64,000 nt of DNA from Candidatus Actinomarina sp. (GTDB taxonomy: Bacteria > Actinomycetota > Acidimicrobiia > Actinomarinales > Actinomarinaceae). The stretch spans positions 3,240 to 67,239 of the forward strand of contig JBEROH010000015.1 in the NCBI GenBank assembly GCA_041234785.1, read 5' to 3'. The notes under the pieces were generated by a model that was given only the letters and a program-made list of their open reading frames with translations, made no database searches and was not told where the DNA came from. Position 1 is the stretch's first letter. Each line of letters starts with the position of its first letter. This document shows, one piece after another, positions 9,119 through 18,348 of the stretch. The translations under genes and the position numbers were made by a program.

Positions 9119-10339
9119 TCAGGATAGTAATTTTATACTTTCTTTAATAGCATTTTCCAATACTTCAAAGTCTGATTCATCGTTATAAATATATCCTGTA
9201 GCTCTAAAAGTTGCATCTAGATTTAATTTTCTATGAAATGGTTGAACACAATGATGACCGGCACGAACTGCTACACCAAAAGTATCTAACATTAATGAAA
9301 TATCTGTAGCGTGGATTCCATCTACACTCATTGCAAATGTACAACCTGCTACCTCATGTTGAGAGTGAATAATGTTTATTCTATCAATAGATTCAAGCTT
9401 GTTTTTGGCATACTTTCTTAAATTATCTGAATGTTTCTCCACCTCATCCATGCCAATATTCGTAAGATAGTCTACACCAGCACCAAGCCCAATCGCTTCA
9501 ACATATGGTGGTGTTCCTGCCTCAAATTTATGGGGGACAGGAGCCCATGTTGAATGGTCATAAAAGACTTGTTCAATCATATCTCCTCCACCATAAACAG
9601 GATCTAATTTTTCTAGCAATTGCTTCTTACCCCAAACTACTCCAATTCCAGTTGGGCCAAGCATTTTGTGACCAGAAATACATAAAAAATCTATTCCTAA
9701 TTTCTGGACATCAATTTTTCTATGTGGTACTAATTGAGCACCATCCACAATCATTAAAGCGCTGCTTTTGGATTTAACTATTTTGTTAATTAAATTAATA
9801 TCGGGTAACATTCCAGAAATGTTTGATTCACCAACAATAGAAACTAATTTAGTGTTGTTATTTATAAGAGATTCAAGATGATCAACATCTAAATTGTAGG
9901 AAGCGTCAATTTTTATAAAGTTTAATTTTAAGTCATATTTTTTTGCTGCCATTTGCCAAGGAACCAAGTTTGCATGATGTTCAATTTCAGAGAGAATTAT
10001 TTCATCTCCAGCTTTTAAATCTTTGCAAAGAGCATTTGCTAGAAAATTAAATCCTTCAGTACAACCTTTGGTGAAAATAATTTCATCACTACTGTTTGCA
10101 TTTATGAAATTTTTTAACTTATTTCTAACATCTTCATATTTTGTTGTAGTTTCTGCTGACAAGACATATGTACCTCTATGGACATTTGCATTATGAGTTA
10201 AATAAACATTCGACATCTCATCAATTACTTGAATTGGTTTTTGTGAAGTTGCTCCAGAATCTAAGTATGTTAGTTTATTTCCATTGATAATTCTATTAAA
10301 AATGGGGAAGTCTTTTTTAAGATCTTCAACTTTTTTCAT
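9119..10339 (-). CDS. sufS: cysteine desulfurase, SufS (group II)
   Basis: 406-aa ORF with the PLP lysine motif SGHKMLGPTG and the catalytic Cys motif RAGHHCVQP. An ATGA overlap joins it to sufC. Confidence 0.92.
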   Translation of the reverse strand: MKKVEDLKKDFPIFNRIINGNKLTYLDSGATSQKPIQVIDEMSNVYLTHNANVHRGTYVLSAETTTKYEDVRNKLKNFINANSSDEIIFTKGCTEGFNFLANALCKDLKAGDEIILSEIEHHANLVPWQMAAKKYDLKLNFIKIDASYNLDVDHLESLINNNTKLVSIVGESNISGMLPDINLINKIVKSKSSALMIVDGAQLVPHRKIDVQKLGIDFLCISGHKMLGPTGIGVVWGKKQLLEKLDPVYGGGDMIEQVFYDHSTWAPVPHKFEAGTPPYVEAIGLGAGVDYLTNIGMDEVEKHSDNLRKYAKNKLESIDRINIIHSQHEVAGCTFAMSVDGIHATDISLMLDTFGVAVRAGHHCVQPFHRKLNLDATFRATGYIYNDESDFEVLENAIKESIKLLS

Positions 10340-11061
10340 AAATATGATTCATAACCAATTTCCTCAAGTTTAGTTGATAGTTCAACACCACCTGATTCCA
10401 CTATTTGACCGTCAATAAATACATGGACAAAATCTGGTTTTATATAATCTAGTAACCTTTGGTAATGTGTTACAACCAAATAACTTTTATCTGGAGTTTT
10501 TAATTTAGTTACGCCTTCGCCAACAACCTTTAAACCGTCTACATCCAATCCAGAGTCTGTTTCATCCAAAATAGCTAGTTTTGGATTAAGAACAGCTAAT
10601 TGTAGAATTTCGTTTCGCTTTCTTTCACCTCCAGAAAACCCAGCATTTAAATATCTATCTGCAAAATCTGCTGATAACCCTAACTGCTCCATAGCTTCAG
10701 CTACTTTTAATCTAAGTTCTAATGTTGTATATTCAGTTCCTTCAATATTTGTCAAAGCGGTTTTTAGCATATTTACAATTGTTACTCCAGGTATTGACTC
10801 TGGGTACTGGAATGCTAGAAACATCCCTAATTTTGCTCTTTTGTCAACAGGTTCATCAATAACTTCTTTTCCCTCAAAAAAAATGTTGCCTTGGGTAACT
10901 TCATAAACTGGATTGCCCATAATTATATTTGCCAATGTTGATTTTCCAGAACCATTTGGCCCCATTATTGCGTGCACTTCTCCTGGATTTATTTTTAAGT
11001 CTACACCTTTTAAAATTGGCGTACCTTCAACTGATGCATGTAAATTTTTAATTTCTAACAT
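10336..11061 (-). CDS. sufC: Fe-S cluster assembly ATPase SufC
   Basis: 241-aa ORF with Walker A GPNGSGKST and the FSGGERKR signature. The sequence is typical of SufC. Confidence 0.92.
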   Translation of the reverse strand: MLEIKNLHASVEGTPILKGVDLKINPGEVHAIMGPNGSGKSTLANIIMGNPVYEVTQGNIFFEGKEVIDEPVDKRAKLGMFLAFQYPESIPGVTIVNMLKTALTNIEGTEYTTLELRLKVAEAMEQLGLSADFADRYLNAGFSGGERKRNEILQLAVLNPKLAILDETDSGLDVDGLKVVGEGVTKLKTPDKSYLVVTHYQRLLDYIKPDFVHVFIDGQIVESGGVELSTKLEEIGYESYL

Positions 11062-11136
11062 ATCTGTATGTTAATTATGTTATAAAACAACCTGAATATC
11101 ATTAGCTAAATAAAAAATAAAAATTACAATAAAAGA

Positions 11137-12258
11137 ATGCAATTTACTTTAAATGAACTACAAAGTGAGATTAAGGAAAACTCAACAAAATTATTAAAGG
11201 AAAATATTGACCTATTGTCTACAATAAAAAAAGTTGATGAAAATTGTCGTATCGATAATAAAATTTGGCAATTAGTTAATGAGCAGGGATGGCTAGCTTT
11301 AGATGTTTCCGAAGAAGATGGCGGTCTAGGGTTCACAAAAGCTGAAACCTCAATTCTTTCAGAAGTTTTGGGTTATTACATTCCGATTATTCCATTTTTT
11401 AGCTCTGGTATTGTGTTTAAGAATTTGTTGCTCAAATCTAATCAAAATATTAAATCTTCTATCCTTCCACAGATTTTAAGTGGTGAAAAAATCGGCACTT
11501 TTGGTGTTTACGAAAGCAGTTCTAATCAAATTAATTTCAACTCAATTACAACAAACTTAGTTTCTAATGATAAGGGCTACGTTTTAAATGGATCAAAAAA
11601 ATATGTATTATTTGGTGATGTTTCCGACTATGCAGCAATTCTTGCAAAACACAAGGAACAGTTAAAGTTTGTGTTGCTTGATCTAAAAGTTGAAGGAGTT
11701 GAGATAAAAGAAACAACATCTTTAGATCAAACTAGACCGATGACAGAAGTTTTAATGAATGATGTTCAAATTGATAATGACCAAGTAATGATTGATCTCG
11801 ATGATGATGCATCTCAATGGAATAGTCTAAAAAATATAGCTTTAAGTTTTTTAGCAATGGAACAAGTAGGTGGATCTCAAGCTTGTCTCGAAATGTCTAC
11901 TCAGTATGCAAAAGAAAGAATTCAATTTGGTAGACCTATAGGTTCATTCCAAGCAATTCAGCACATGTGTGCAAATATGCTAGTACAGTTAGAAAGTGCT
12001 AAATCAGTGGCTTACAGTGCAGTTAGAGTCGACTCTAGTGATTTATTAGAGATTGAGATGAGTGCTATGTTAGCTAAATCATACTGCTCAGAAGTATTTA
12101 ATAAAATTGCTGGTGATAATATTCAAGTGCTTGGTGGGATTGGTTTTACATGGGAGCATCCAGCTCACTTGTATTTTAAAAAAGCTAAATCAGATTCACT
12201 ATTATTAGAATCTCCAAAAGGTGCTAGAGATAAGATATCTGAACTACTTAATTTATAA
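11137..12258 (+). CDS. acyl-CoA dehydrogenase family protein
   Basis: 373-aa ORF with ACAD-like middle and C-terminal domains (QFGRPIGSFQAIQH, GGIGFTWEHPAHLYFKKAK). Confidence 0.8.
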   Translation: MQFTLNELQSEIKENSTKLLKENIDLLSTIKKVDENCRIDNKIWQLVNEQGWLALDVSEEDGGLGFTKAETSILSEVLGYYIPIIPFFSSGIVFKNLLLKSNQNIKSSILPQILSGEKIGTFGVYESSSNQINFNSITTNLVSNDKGYVLNGSKKYVLFGDVSDYAAILAKHKEQLKFVLLDLKVEGVEIKETTSLDQTRPMTEVLMNDVQIDNDQVMIDLDDDASQWNSLKNIALSFLAMEQVGGSQACLEMSTQYAKERIQFGRPIGSFQAIQHMCANMLVQLESAKSVAYSAVRVDSSDLLEIEMSAMLAKSYCSEVFNKIAGDNIQVLGGIGFTWEHPAHLYFKKAKSDSLLLESPKGARDKISELLNL

Positions 12259-12264
12259 ATATAA

Positions 12265-12468
12265 ATGAATAGATTAGAAAGGTTTGAAAAGTTTAGGTTT
12301 GTAGGTTACAAGCACAACATGAAAGTTTATGATTGCGATAATCTTGAACAATATAAAAAAATATCATCACTCCTTTCGGAAATAAAATATATTGAACTTA
12401 ATTTGATTCAATCATTTTCACCCGATACTTTAGATGAAGCTAAAAACAGAGGATTTAGTTCTCTTTAG
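12265..12468 (+). CDS. hypothetical protein (67 aa)
   Basis: ORF only; it starts 6 nt after the ACAD gene. No motif recognised. Confidence 0.45.
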   Translation: MNRLERFEKFRFVGYKHNMKVYDCDNLEQYKKISSLLSEIKYIELNLIQSFSPDTLDEAKNRGFSSL

Positions 12469-13423
12469 ATAGCTTCCATTGATTAAAATTTAAATTTGTA
12501 ATATGTACAACTTTATTAAGTTTTTCGAGATACTTCAAATGAGCCAAAGTTTCTTGGAAAGCAAGTCTAAGGTTAAGTGCATCTAATTTACGAGGAAAAA
12601 GTAAATTTACAACCTCCCAACCAGTTAACTGGTTATCTTTTAATATATTTAGAATTTTGTCTGTCCTTCGTTGGTGGTGAGATTTCATTTGTTGAATCCG
12701 ACTATAGGGATTATCAATTAGGCTTCCATGACCCGGTGCAATCAATTTATGTTCTAAGTTTAGAATTTTATCCAAGGAATTATCATATTTACTTAACATG
12801 TCATCGTTCCCATTTAGAGTTGGTATAAATGGAGTAATCTTAGGTAAGATATGATCACCCGAAAAAACTATTTTAGAGCTAGTGTCAAGTAAAGAAATTT
12901 CTGTAATATCGTGACCTGGAGTAAAAATTGTAATAACTTCTCTTTTTAATAATTTAATTCTTCCTTCAGTCAGCAATACATCGGGCTTGGTAACCCTACC
13001 AGCATATTCAGGAGTTCTGATTTCTTTTAAATCATTTAAAAAATATTCAGGGGCACCTTGATTTTTTGCATACACTAAAAGTTCCTTAAAGCGTAAAGTC
13101 CAATCGTTGTAATGTTTCAGGTAGTCTATTGAATTCTCATATAAAGCAAAGGGAATGCCTAATTCTCTAATGGCAGTTGACTGGCCTATATGATCAGAAT
13201 GCATATGGGTTCCAATTAAGAGTTTTATTTCTTTAAATGAGACACCAATTGAAAATAACTTTTGTTCTAATATTTTTAAAAATTCTATTCCATTGACACC
13301 ACAATCTATCATTATATAACCATCACTGTCTTCTAATAAGTAAACATTCACATAAGCTGGAGAACTCCATGGAAGTTCAAGCGGAATATGATAAATTCCT
13401 GAAGTTAAGTTAAATGATCTCAA
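12455..13423 (-). CDS. MBL-fold metallo-hydrolase
   Basis: 322-aa ORF with the HMHSDH (HxHxDH) metallo-beta-lactamase motif and a TTG start. Confidence 0.85.
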   Translation of the reverse strand: MRSFNLTSGIYHIPLELPWSSPAYVNVYLLEDSDGYIMIDCGVNGIEFLKILEQKLFSIGVSFKEIKLLIGTHMHSDHIGQSTAIRELGIPFALYENSIDYLKHYNDWTLRFKELLVYAKNQGAPEYFLNDLKEIRTPEYAGRVTKPDVLLTEGRIKLLKREVITIFTPGHDITEISLLDTSSKIVFSGDHILPKITPFIPTLNGNDDMLSKYDNSLDKILNLEHKLIAPGHGSLIDNPYSRIQQMKSHHQRRTDKILNILKDNQLTGWEVVNLLFPRKLDALNLRLAFQETLAHLKYLEKLNKVVHITNLNFNQWKLSKEN

Positions 13424-13424
13424 T

Positions 13425-13511
13425 TTAAAAAGTTACAATCCAAACACCAAATGCAACGAGAATCATAATAGCGGTTAGAAGTGAAGCTAATAAAAGATGT
13501 CTTGTTTGCAT
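13425..13511 (-). CDS. possible 28-aa hydrophobic micro-protein (MQTRHLLLASLLTAIMILVAFGVWIVTF)
   Basis: ATG-initiated ORF below the track cutoff, read by hand. It has a single predicted TM helix, and its stop lies 1 nt before the MBL gene start. Confidence 0.3.
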   Translation of the reverse strand: MQTRHLLLASLLTAIMILVAFGVWIVTF

Positions 13512-13674
13512 AGTTACATTGTAATATGTATTAAGATAATCTTAATTTTGAACTTTGTTTAATCTTTAGTAAATTGATATTAGAAAATAACAATAATCAT
13601 TTTTCTTGGGAACCCCATATAAAAATGTAGTTATTATCTCGAATAGATAGCGATCCTATCTGGAAAGAGGTAAT

Positions 13675-15039
13675 TTGAAAAAATTAACCATTATCGGCGG
13701 TGGGACTGCAGGTTATGCTGCTGCACTTTATGCTAGTAATTATGATTTTGAAACTACACTAATCGAGTCTGATACACTTGGAGGAACTTGTCTAAACAGA
13801 GGCTGTATCCCTGCTAAATATTGGTTGCATGTAGCTGAATTAAATCATGAGATAAATACCTCACATGAATATGGAATTAATATAGATGGAAAAACAATTG
13901 ATTGGTCAAAAACTGCCCAGAAAAAATTTGATACAGTTAACAAATTAGTTGACGGCATAGGTATGCTTCTTAAGTCTAAAAAGGTGAATGTTATTGAAGG
14001 TTGGGGTACATTAGTAGACAGTAATACTGTTTCTGTAAAACTTGAAAGTGGAGAAGAGGCAAAGATAGAATCAGATTTCATAATCTTAGCAACAGGATCT
14101 AAACCAAAATCTATCCCAAGTTTAAATATTGATAACGAGTTTGTAATAACTTCAGATACTGCTCTTAACTGGGAAGTTCCTCCTAAAAAAGTTTGCATTA
14201 TTGGAGCTGGTGCTATTGGTTGTGAATTTGCTAGCTTGCTGAATGATTTGGGGTCAGACGTAACAGTTGTTGAGTTGGATACAGAAATTTTACCGGGACT
14301 TGATAAACGAACTTCTGGTGAATTAAGGAAGCAACTCTCAAAGCGAGGAGTGGTCTTTAAGCTGAAAACCTCTGTTGACTCAGTAGAAAACAAAAAAGTA
14401 AATTTTTCTGATGGAAAATCAGAAGATTTTGACTCTGTATTAGTTGCTGTTGGTCGCATGCCGCTTACTGAAAATATAGGTTGTGAAAAAGTTGGAATCA
14501 AACAAATAAATGGTTACGTCGAAGTAAATTTAGAGACTTTACAGACTTCAATTTCAAATATTTATGCCTTAGGTGATATAGTTTATGGAACACCACAGTT
14601 AGCTCATGTAGCATTTGCAGAAGCTATTAGTGCGATAACTCACATTGCTACAGGTGAGAATAATCCAATAAATTATAATGCAATTCCTTACGTTGTATAT
14701 ACAAGACCAGAGTTAGCCGAAGTTGGAATAAATTCTGAAAAAGCTAAAGAAAAAGGAATTAAACTTAATCAAGCCCAACATAGTTTTGCTGGAGTTGGTA
14801 GAGCAATTATCCAAAATCAGAATCAGGGAATTGTAAAAGTATACGCAGAGGAAGACGGTCCAATTATCGGTGCTAGTGTATGTGGTCCTGCTGCTGGAGA
14901 AATGATTCATGAATTAATGTACATGATTGGGTGGGAAGCTTTACCAAAAGAAGCATCTGAATTTATTCATGCACATCCAACTTTAAGTGAAGCAATCGGT
15001 GAATCTTTACTAAGCTTAAGTGGTAAGGGGTTACATTAA
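13675..15039 (+). CDS. lpdA: dihydrolipoyl dehydrogenase (E3)
   Basis: 454-aa ORF with FAD motif GGGTAGY, redox disulfide GGTCLNRGCIPAK and a C-terminal HAHPTLSE. It uses a TTG start preceded by GAAAGAGG. Confidence 0.92.
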   Translation: MKKLTIIGGGTAGYAAALYASNYDFETTLIESDTLGGTCLNRGCIPAKYWLHVAELNHEINTSHEYGINIDGKTIDWSKTAQKKFDTVNKLVDGIGMLLKSKKVNVIEGWGTLVDSNTVSVKLESGEEAKIESDFIILATGSKPKSIPSLNIDNEFVITSDTALNWEVPPKKVCIIGAGAIGCEFASLLNDLGSDVTVVELDTEILPGLDKRTSGELRKQLSKRGVVFKLKTSVDSVENKKVNFSDGKSEDFDSVLVAVGRMPLTENIGCEKVGIKQINGYVEVNLETLQTSISNIYALGDIVYGTPQLAHVAFAEAISAITHIATGENNPINYNAIPYVVYTRPELAEVGINSEKAKEKGIKLNQAQHSFAGVGRAIIQNQNQGIVKVYAEEDGPIIGASVCGPAAGEMIHELMYMIGWEALPKEASEFIHAHPTLSEAIGESLLSLSGKGLH

Positions 15040-15041
15040 TT

Positions 15042-17048
15042 ATGAAAATTGAAAAAATATCAAGGAAAGGTTATTCTGCAACACTTTCCAAAGAGGCACT
15101 TTGGGAAGTGTACAAGTCAATGAAAACCCAGCGTATGTTAGAAGACCGTTTACTAAAGCTTTACAAAGGTGGACAATTAAGTGGTGCTGTCTATCCTGGA
15201 ATTGGACAAGAGGCATCTATGGCGGGAATCGCCACAGGCATGGGGGAGAATGATGTTTTTGGAGGTACACATAGGGATTTAGGAGTCCAAATTAAACGAG
15301 GAGTAACCCTCAAAGAAATTGCTCTTAACTTCTATGGTAAACACGATGGTCCTTCAAAAGGTCGTGACGGAAATAGTCACTTTGGTATTGTTGACAAAGG
15401 AACTTTAATGGTTGTCTCACCATTACCTGACTCTGCTCCTGTTGCAGTAGGTTGGGCACTAGCCTCTCAACAAAGTGGATCAGGTGTTGTTGCTGTTGCA
15501 AACTGTGGTGAAGGAGCTACTGCAACAGGTACATGGCACGAAAGCATTAATATGGCTGGGGTTTTAAATCTCCCTGTTATATTTACTGTACAAAATAATC
15601 AATTTGCATACTCCTCTCCTAACGAAACAGAATTTGGAACACCAAACGTTGCAGATAGAGCAGCAGGATATGGAATACCATCAAAAATTATTGATGGAAA
15701 CGATATATATGAAGTTATTGATTCCATGCATGAAGCTTGTGAGCATGCAAGAAAAGGAAATGGCCCATCATTAATTGAGCTTGTAACCTTTAGGCATTAT
15801 GGTCATGCGGGTCATGATCCAGCTGAATATGTAAATGATGAAGTTAGAGAATTTTGGATGAAGAGAGATCCCATTGCTAGATTTGAAGAAGCGCTTATTG
15901 AAGAGGGGCTTTTTACAACTGAGCAATTTGTAAGTTTACAGGAAGATTTAGACTCTGAAATTAGAGAAACTCTAGAGTGGGCAAAGTCCCAAAACGATCC
16001 AGATCCGAAAAATGAAATCATAGATATTTTTGCACAAAGATTATCTAATAAAATTTTAAATGATGAATCTTCAAAAAAAACTATGAACTTTATTGAGGCA
16101 ATTACAAATGGTTTAGATGAGCTTATGGAAAACGATGAAGATGTTTTTATGATGGGAGAAGATATCGGTGTTTTTGAAGGTGCATTTAAAGCTACTAAAG
16201 GTCTTTTCAATAAATATGGGCCTATCAGAGTAGTAGACACTTCAATTTCAGAAGGAGGATTTACTGGAGCAGCTGTTGGTGCGGCATTGGCTGGTAAAAA
16301 ACCAATTGTAGAACTTCAATTTTATGATTTTGTATATCCCGCTTTAGATCAAATTACAACTGAAGCAGCAAAGTATCATTGGAAAGCAGGGAAATCTGTG
16401 CCAATGGTTGTCAGGGGCCCAACTGGTGCTGGTACAAGGTCTGGACCATTTCACTCTATTAGCCCCGAGTCAGTGTTGGCTCATCATCCGGGAATCAAGG
16501 TAGTAGCTCCATCTAATCCCTATGATGCAAAAGGGTTACTTGTAGCAGCAGTTTACGATCCTAACCCTGTTATGTATCTTGAGCATAAAAAATTGTATAG
16601 AAAACCAGATTTAAAAATGGAAGTCCCTATTGGTCTTTATGAAGTAGAAATAGGAAAAGGTAGAGTAGTTCAAGAGGGAAAAGATTTTACTATAGTTACA
16701 TGGTCAGGTATGGTTTCTGTGGCAGAGGAGGCTGCCTCTCTTTTAAGTAACGAAAACATTTCTGTTGAAGTTATCGATATAAGAACAATTGTTCCACTAG
16801 ATGAAGAGATAATTCTTAAATCTGTCGAGAAAACTTCAAATTTATGTATTTTACAAGAGGATGTACCGTTCTCTTCTATAGCTTCTGAAATTTCCTCTAT
16901 GGTAGCTGAAAAGGGATTTTGGAACTTAGATAATCCTATATTAAGAATTACACCACCACATACTCATATACCATTTGCACCAATTCTTGAAGATGCGTAC
17001 CTACCAAGTGTCGAAAATGTAGTTAGAGCAATAAAAGGAATGCAGTAG
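15042..17048 (+). CDS. 2-oxoacid dehydrogenase E1 component, fused alpha and beta subunits
   Basis: 668-aa ORF. The N half carries the E1-alpha TPP motif (GEGATATGTWHESINMAGVLNLPVIFTVQNN). The C half is E1-beta-like, starting at the internal MNFIEAITNG. Confidence 0.9.
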   Translation: MKIEKISRKGYSATLSKEALWEVYKSMKTQRMLEDRLLKLYKGGQLSGAVYPGIGQEASMAGIATGMGENDVFGGTHRDLGVQIKRGVTLKEIALNFYGKHDGPSKGRDGNSHFGIVDKGTLMVVSPLPDSAPVAVGWALASQQSGSGVVAVANCGEGATATGTWHESINMAGVLNLPVIFTVQNNQFAYSSPNETEFGTPNVADRAAGYGIPSKIIDGNDIYEVIDSMHEACEHARKGNGPSLIELVTFRHYGHAGHDPAEYVNDEVREFWMKRDPIARFEEALIEEGLFTTEQFVSLQEDLDSEIRETLEWAKSQNDPDPKNEIIDIFAQRLSNKILNDESSKKTMNFIEAITNGLDELMENDEDVFMMGEDIGVFEGAFKATKGLFNKYGPIRVVDTSISEGGFTGAAVGAALAGKKPIVELQFYDFVYPALDQITTEAAKYHWKAGKSVPMVVRGPTGAGTRSGPFHSISPESVLAHHPGIKVVAPSNPYDAKGLLVAAVYDPNPVMYLEHKKLYRKPDLKMEVPIGLYEVEIGKGRVVQEGKDFTIVTWSGMVSVAEEAASLLSNENISVEVIDIRTIVPLDEEIILKSVEKTSNLCILQEDVPFSSIASEISSMVAEKGFWNLDNPILRITPPHTHIPFAPILEDAYLPSVENVVRAIKGMQ

Positions 17049-17052
17049 AAGT

Positions 17053-18348
17053 ATGAGTCAAATCGTAACAATGCCTCAACTTGGTGAAACTGTAACAGAA
17101 GGTACAATACTTCGCTGGCTTGTCAAGATAGGCGATGAGGTAAAAGAGGATGATCCAATACTTGAAATTTCAACTGACAAAGTTGATACAGAAGTACCGT
17201 CTCCATTTAGTGGTAAGGTAACTTCATTATTAGTTGATGAGGGACAAACAGTGGAGGTTGGAGCTTCTTTATTAGAGCTTGATGGCACCGAAACTTCAGA
17301 TAAAAATATTCCTGAAGAAAAAATTACTGAAGCTATAGAATCAGAAGTAACTTCAACTAAAGTTGATGAATCGAATTTAACTCCTAAAGCAAATCAAAAA
17401 ACTACTGATATTCAGCAAATTGAAACTATGCTATCTCCAGTTGTCAGAAGATTGGCTAGAGAAAATAATATTGATTTAAAATTAGTTACTGGAACTGGCC
17501 CTGTTGGGAGGATTACTAGAAAAGATATTAAAAATTATATTGAATCAGAATCAAAGCCAAAATCAGTGGACACTTCAAGTATTGAAAAAGTTAGAACTCC
17601 TTCTGTAGAAAAGAGTAACGCTCCTCAAGATGGTACTAGTAATGAAATTTCTAGACTCCGTAAGCGTATTGCTGAAAATATGATTATGTCTAAACAAACT
17701 TCTGCTCACGTCATGACTTCTGTTGAAGTAGATTATGAAAATGTAGAAATAACGAGAAGAAAAAATAAGGAAGTATTTAAAAATGAGAATGGCTTTTCTC
17801 TAACGTACCTTCCATTTATTGCTCTTTCTACAATACATGCGCTCAGAGAGTTCCCGACTATTAATAGTTCTTTTGATTTAGAGAAAGGAATTCATCAATT
17901 ACATAATGATATAAATTTAGGAATTGCTGTTGATCTCAACCAAAAAGGACTTCTTGTAGGTAATTTAAGAGAAGCAGATTCTTATAACTTAAAAGGAATA
18001 TCTAGAAAAATTTTTGAGGTATCTAATTTACTAAGAGATGGAAAATATGGACTAGGTGATGTAACGGGTAGTACTTTTACAATTTCGAACAACGGTTCTT
18101 TCAATTCATTTATAACATCACCAATTATCAACCAACCCAATGTAGCAATATTGTCTACCGAGTCGGTTAAGAAAAGACCGGTTGTAATTGAATCTGCTGA
18201 TGGAACTGATTCGATTGCTATTAGGCATACTGGAATCTTAAGTTTGACTTGGGACCATAGAGTTTTTGATGGGTCTGTCGCATTGCTTTTTTTGAACTCT
18301 ATTAAAAATAAACTTGAAAAAACTGACTGGTCTCAGGAAATCACTTGA
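17053..18348 (+). CDS. dihydrolipoamide acyltransferase (E2)
   Basis: 431-aa ORF with a lipoyl domain (EISTDKVDTEV), a peripheral subunit-binding domain (SPVVRRLAREN) and the catalytic DHRVFDG motif. Confidence 0.92.
   Translation: MSQIVTMPQLGETVTEGTILRWLVKIGDEVKEDDPILEISTDKVDTEVPSPFSGKVTSLLVDEGQTVEVGASLLELDGTETSDKNIPEEKITEAIESEVTSTKVDESNLTPKANQKTTDIQQIETMLSPVVRRLARENNIDLKLVTGTGPVGRITRKDIKNYIESESKPKSVDTSSIEKVRTPSVEKSNAPQDGTSNEISRLRKRIAENMIMSKQTSAHVMTSVEVDYENVEITRRKNKEVFKNENGFSLTYLPFIALSTIHALREFPTINSSFDLEKGIHQLHNDINLGIAVDLNQKGLLVGNLREADSYNLKGISRKIFEVSNLLRDGKYGLGDVTGSTFTISNNGSFNSFITSPIINQPNVAILSTESVKKRPVVIESADGTDSIAIRHTGILSLTWDHRVFDGSVALLFLNSIKNKLEKTDWSQEIT

Noticed and set aside
13645-13661. 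Hairpin or palindrome AGATAG-CGATC-CTATCT just upstream of the lpdA SD. Similar 7-bp inverted repeats occur at 30767-30786 (AAAACTA...TAGTTTT, upstream of prpC) and near 55575-55600 (AATCATT...AATGATT).
   Set aside because: Stems of 6-7 bp made mostly of A/T are expected by chance in DNA of this composition. There is no T-tract, no conservation information, and no known motif match.
13845-14501. A 218-aa ORF antisense to lpdA, plus similar long antisense ORFs at 15812..16240, 29597..30028, 33235..33666, 31196..31405, 42902..43174 and others in the track.
   Set aside because: Each lies entirely inside a gene with strong homology on the other strand. Their translations are low-complexity (S/T/F/P-rich) with no motifs. 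These are typical shadow ORFs produced by codon bias.
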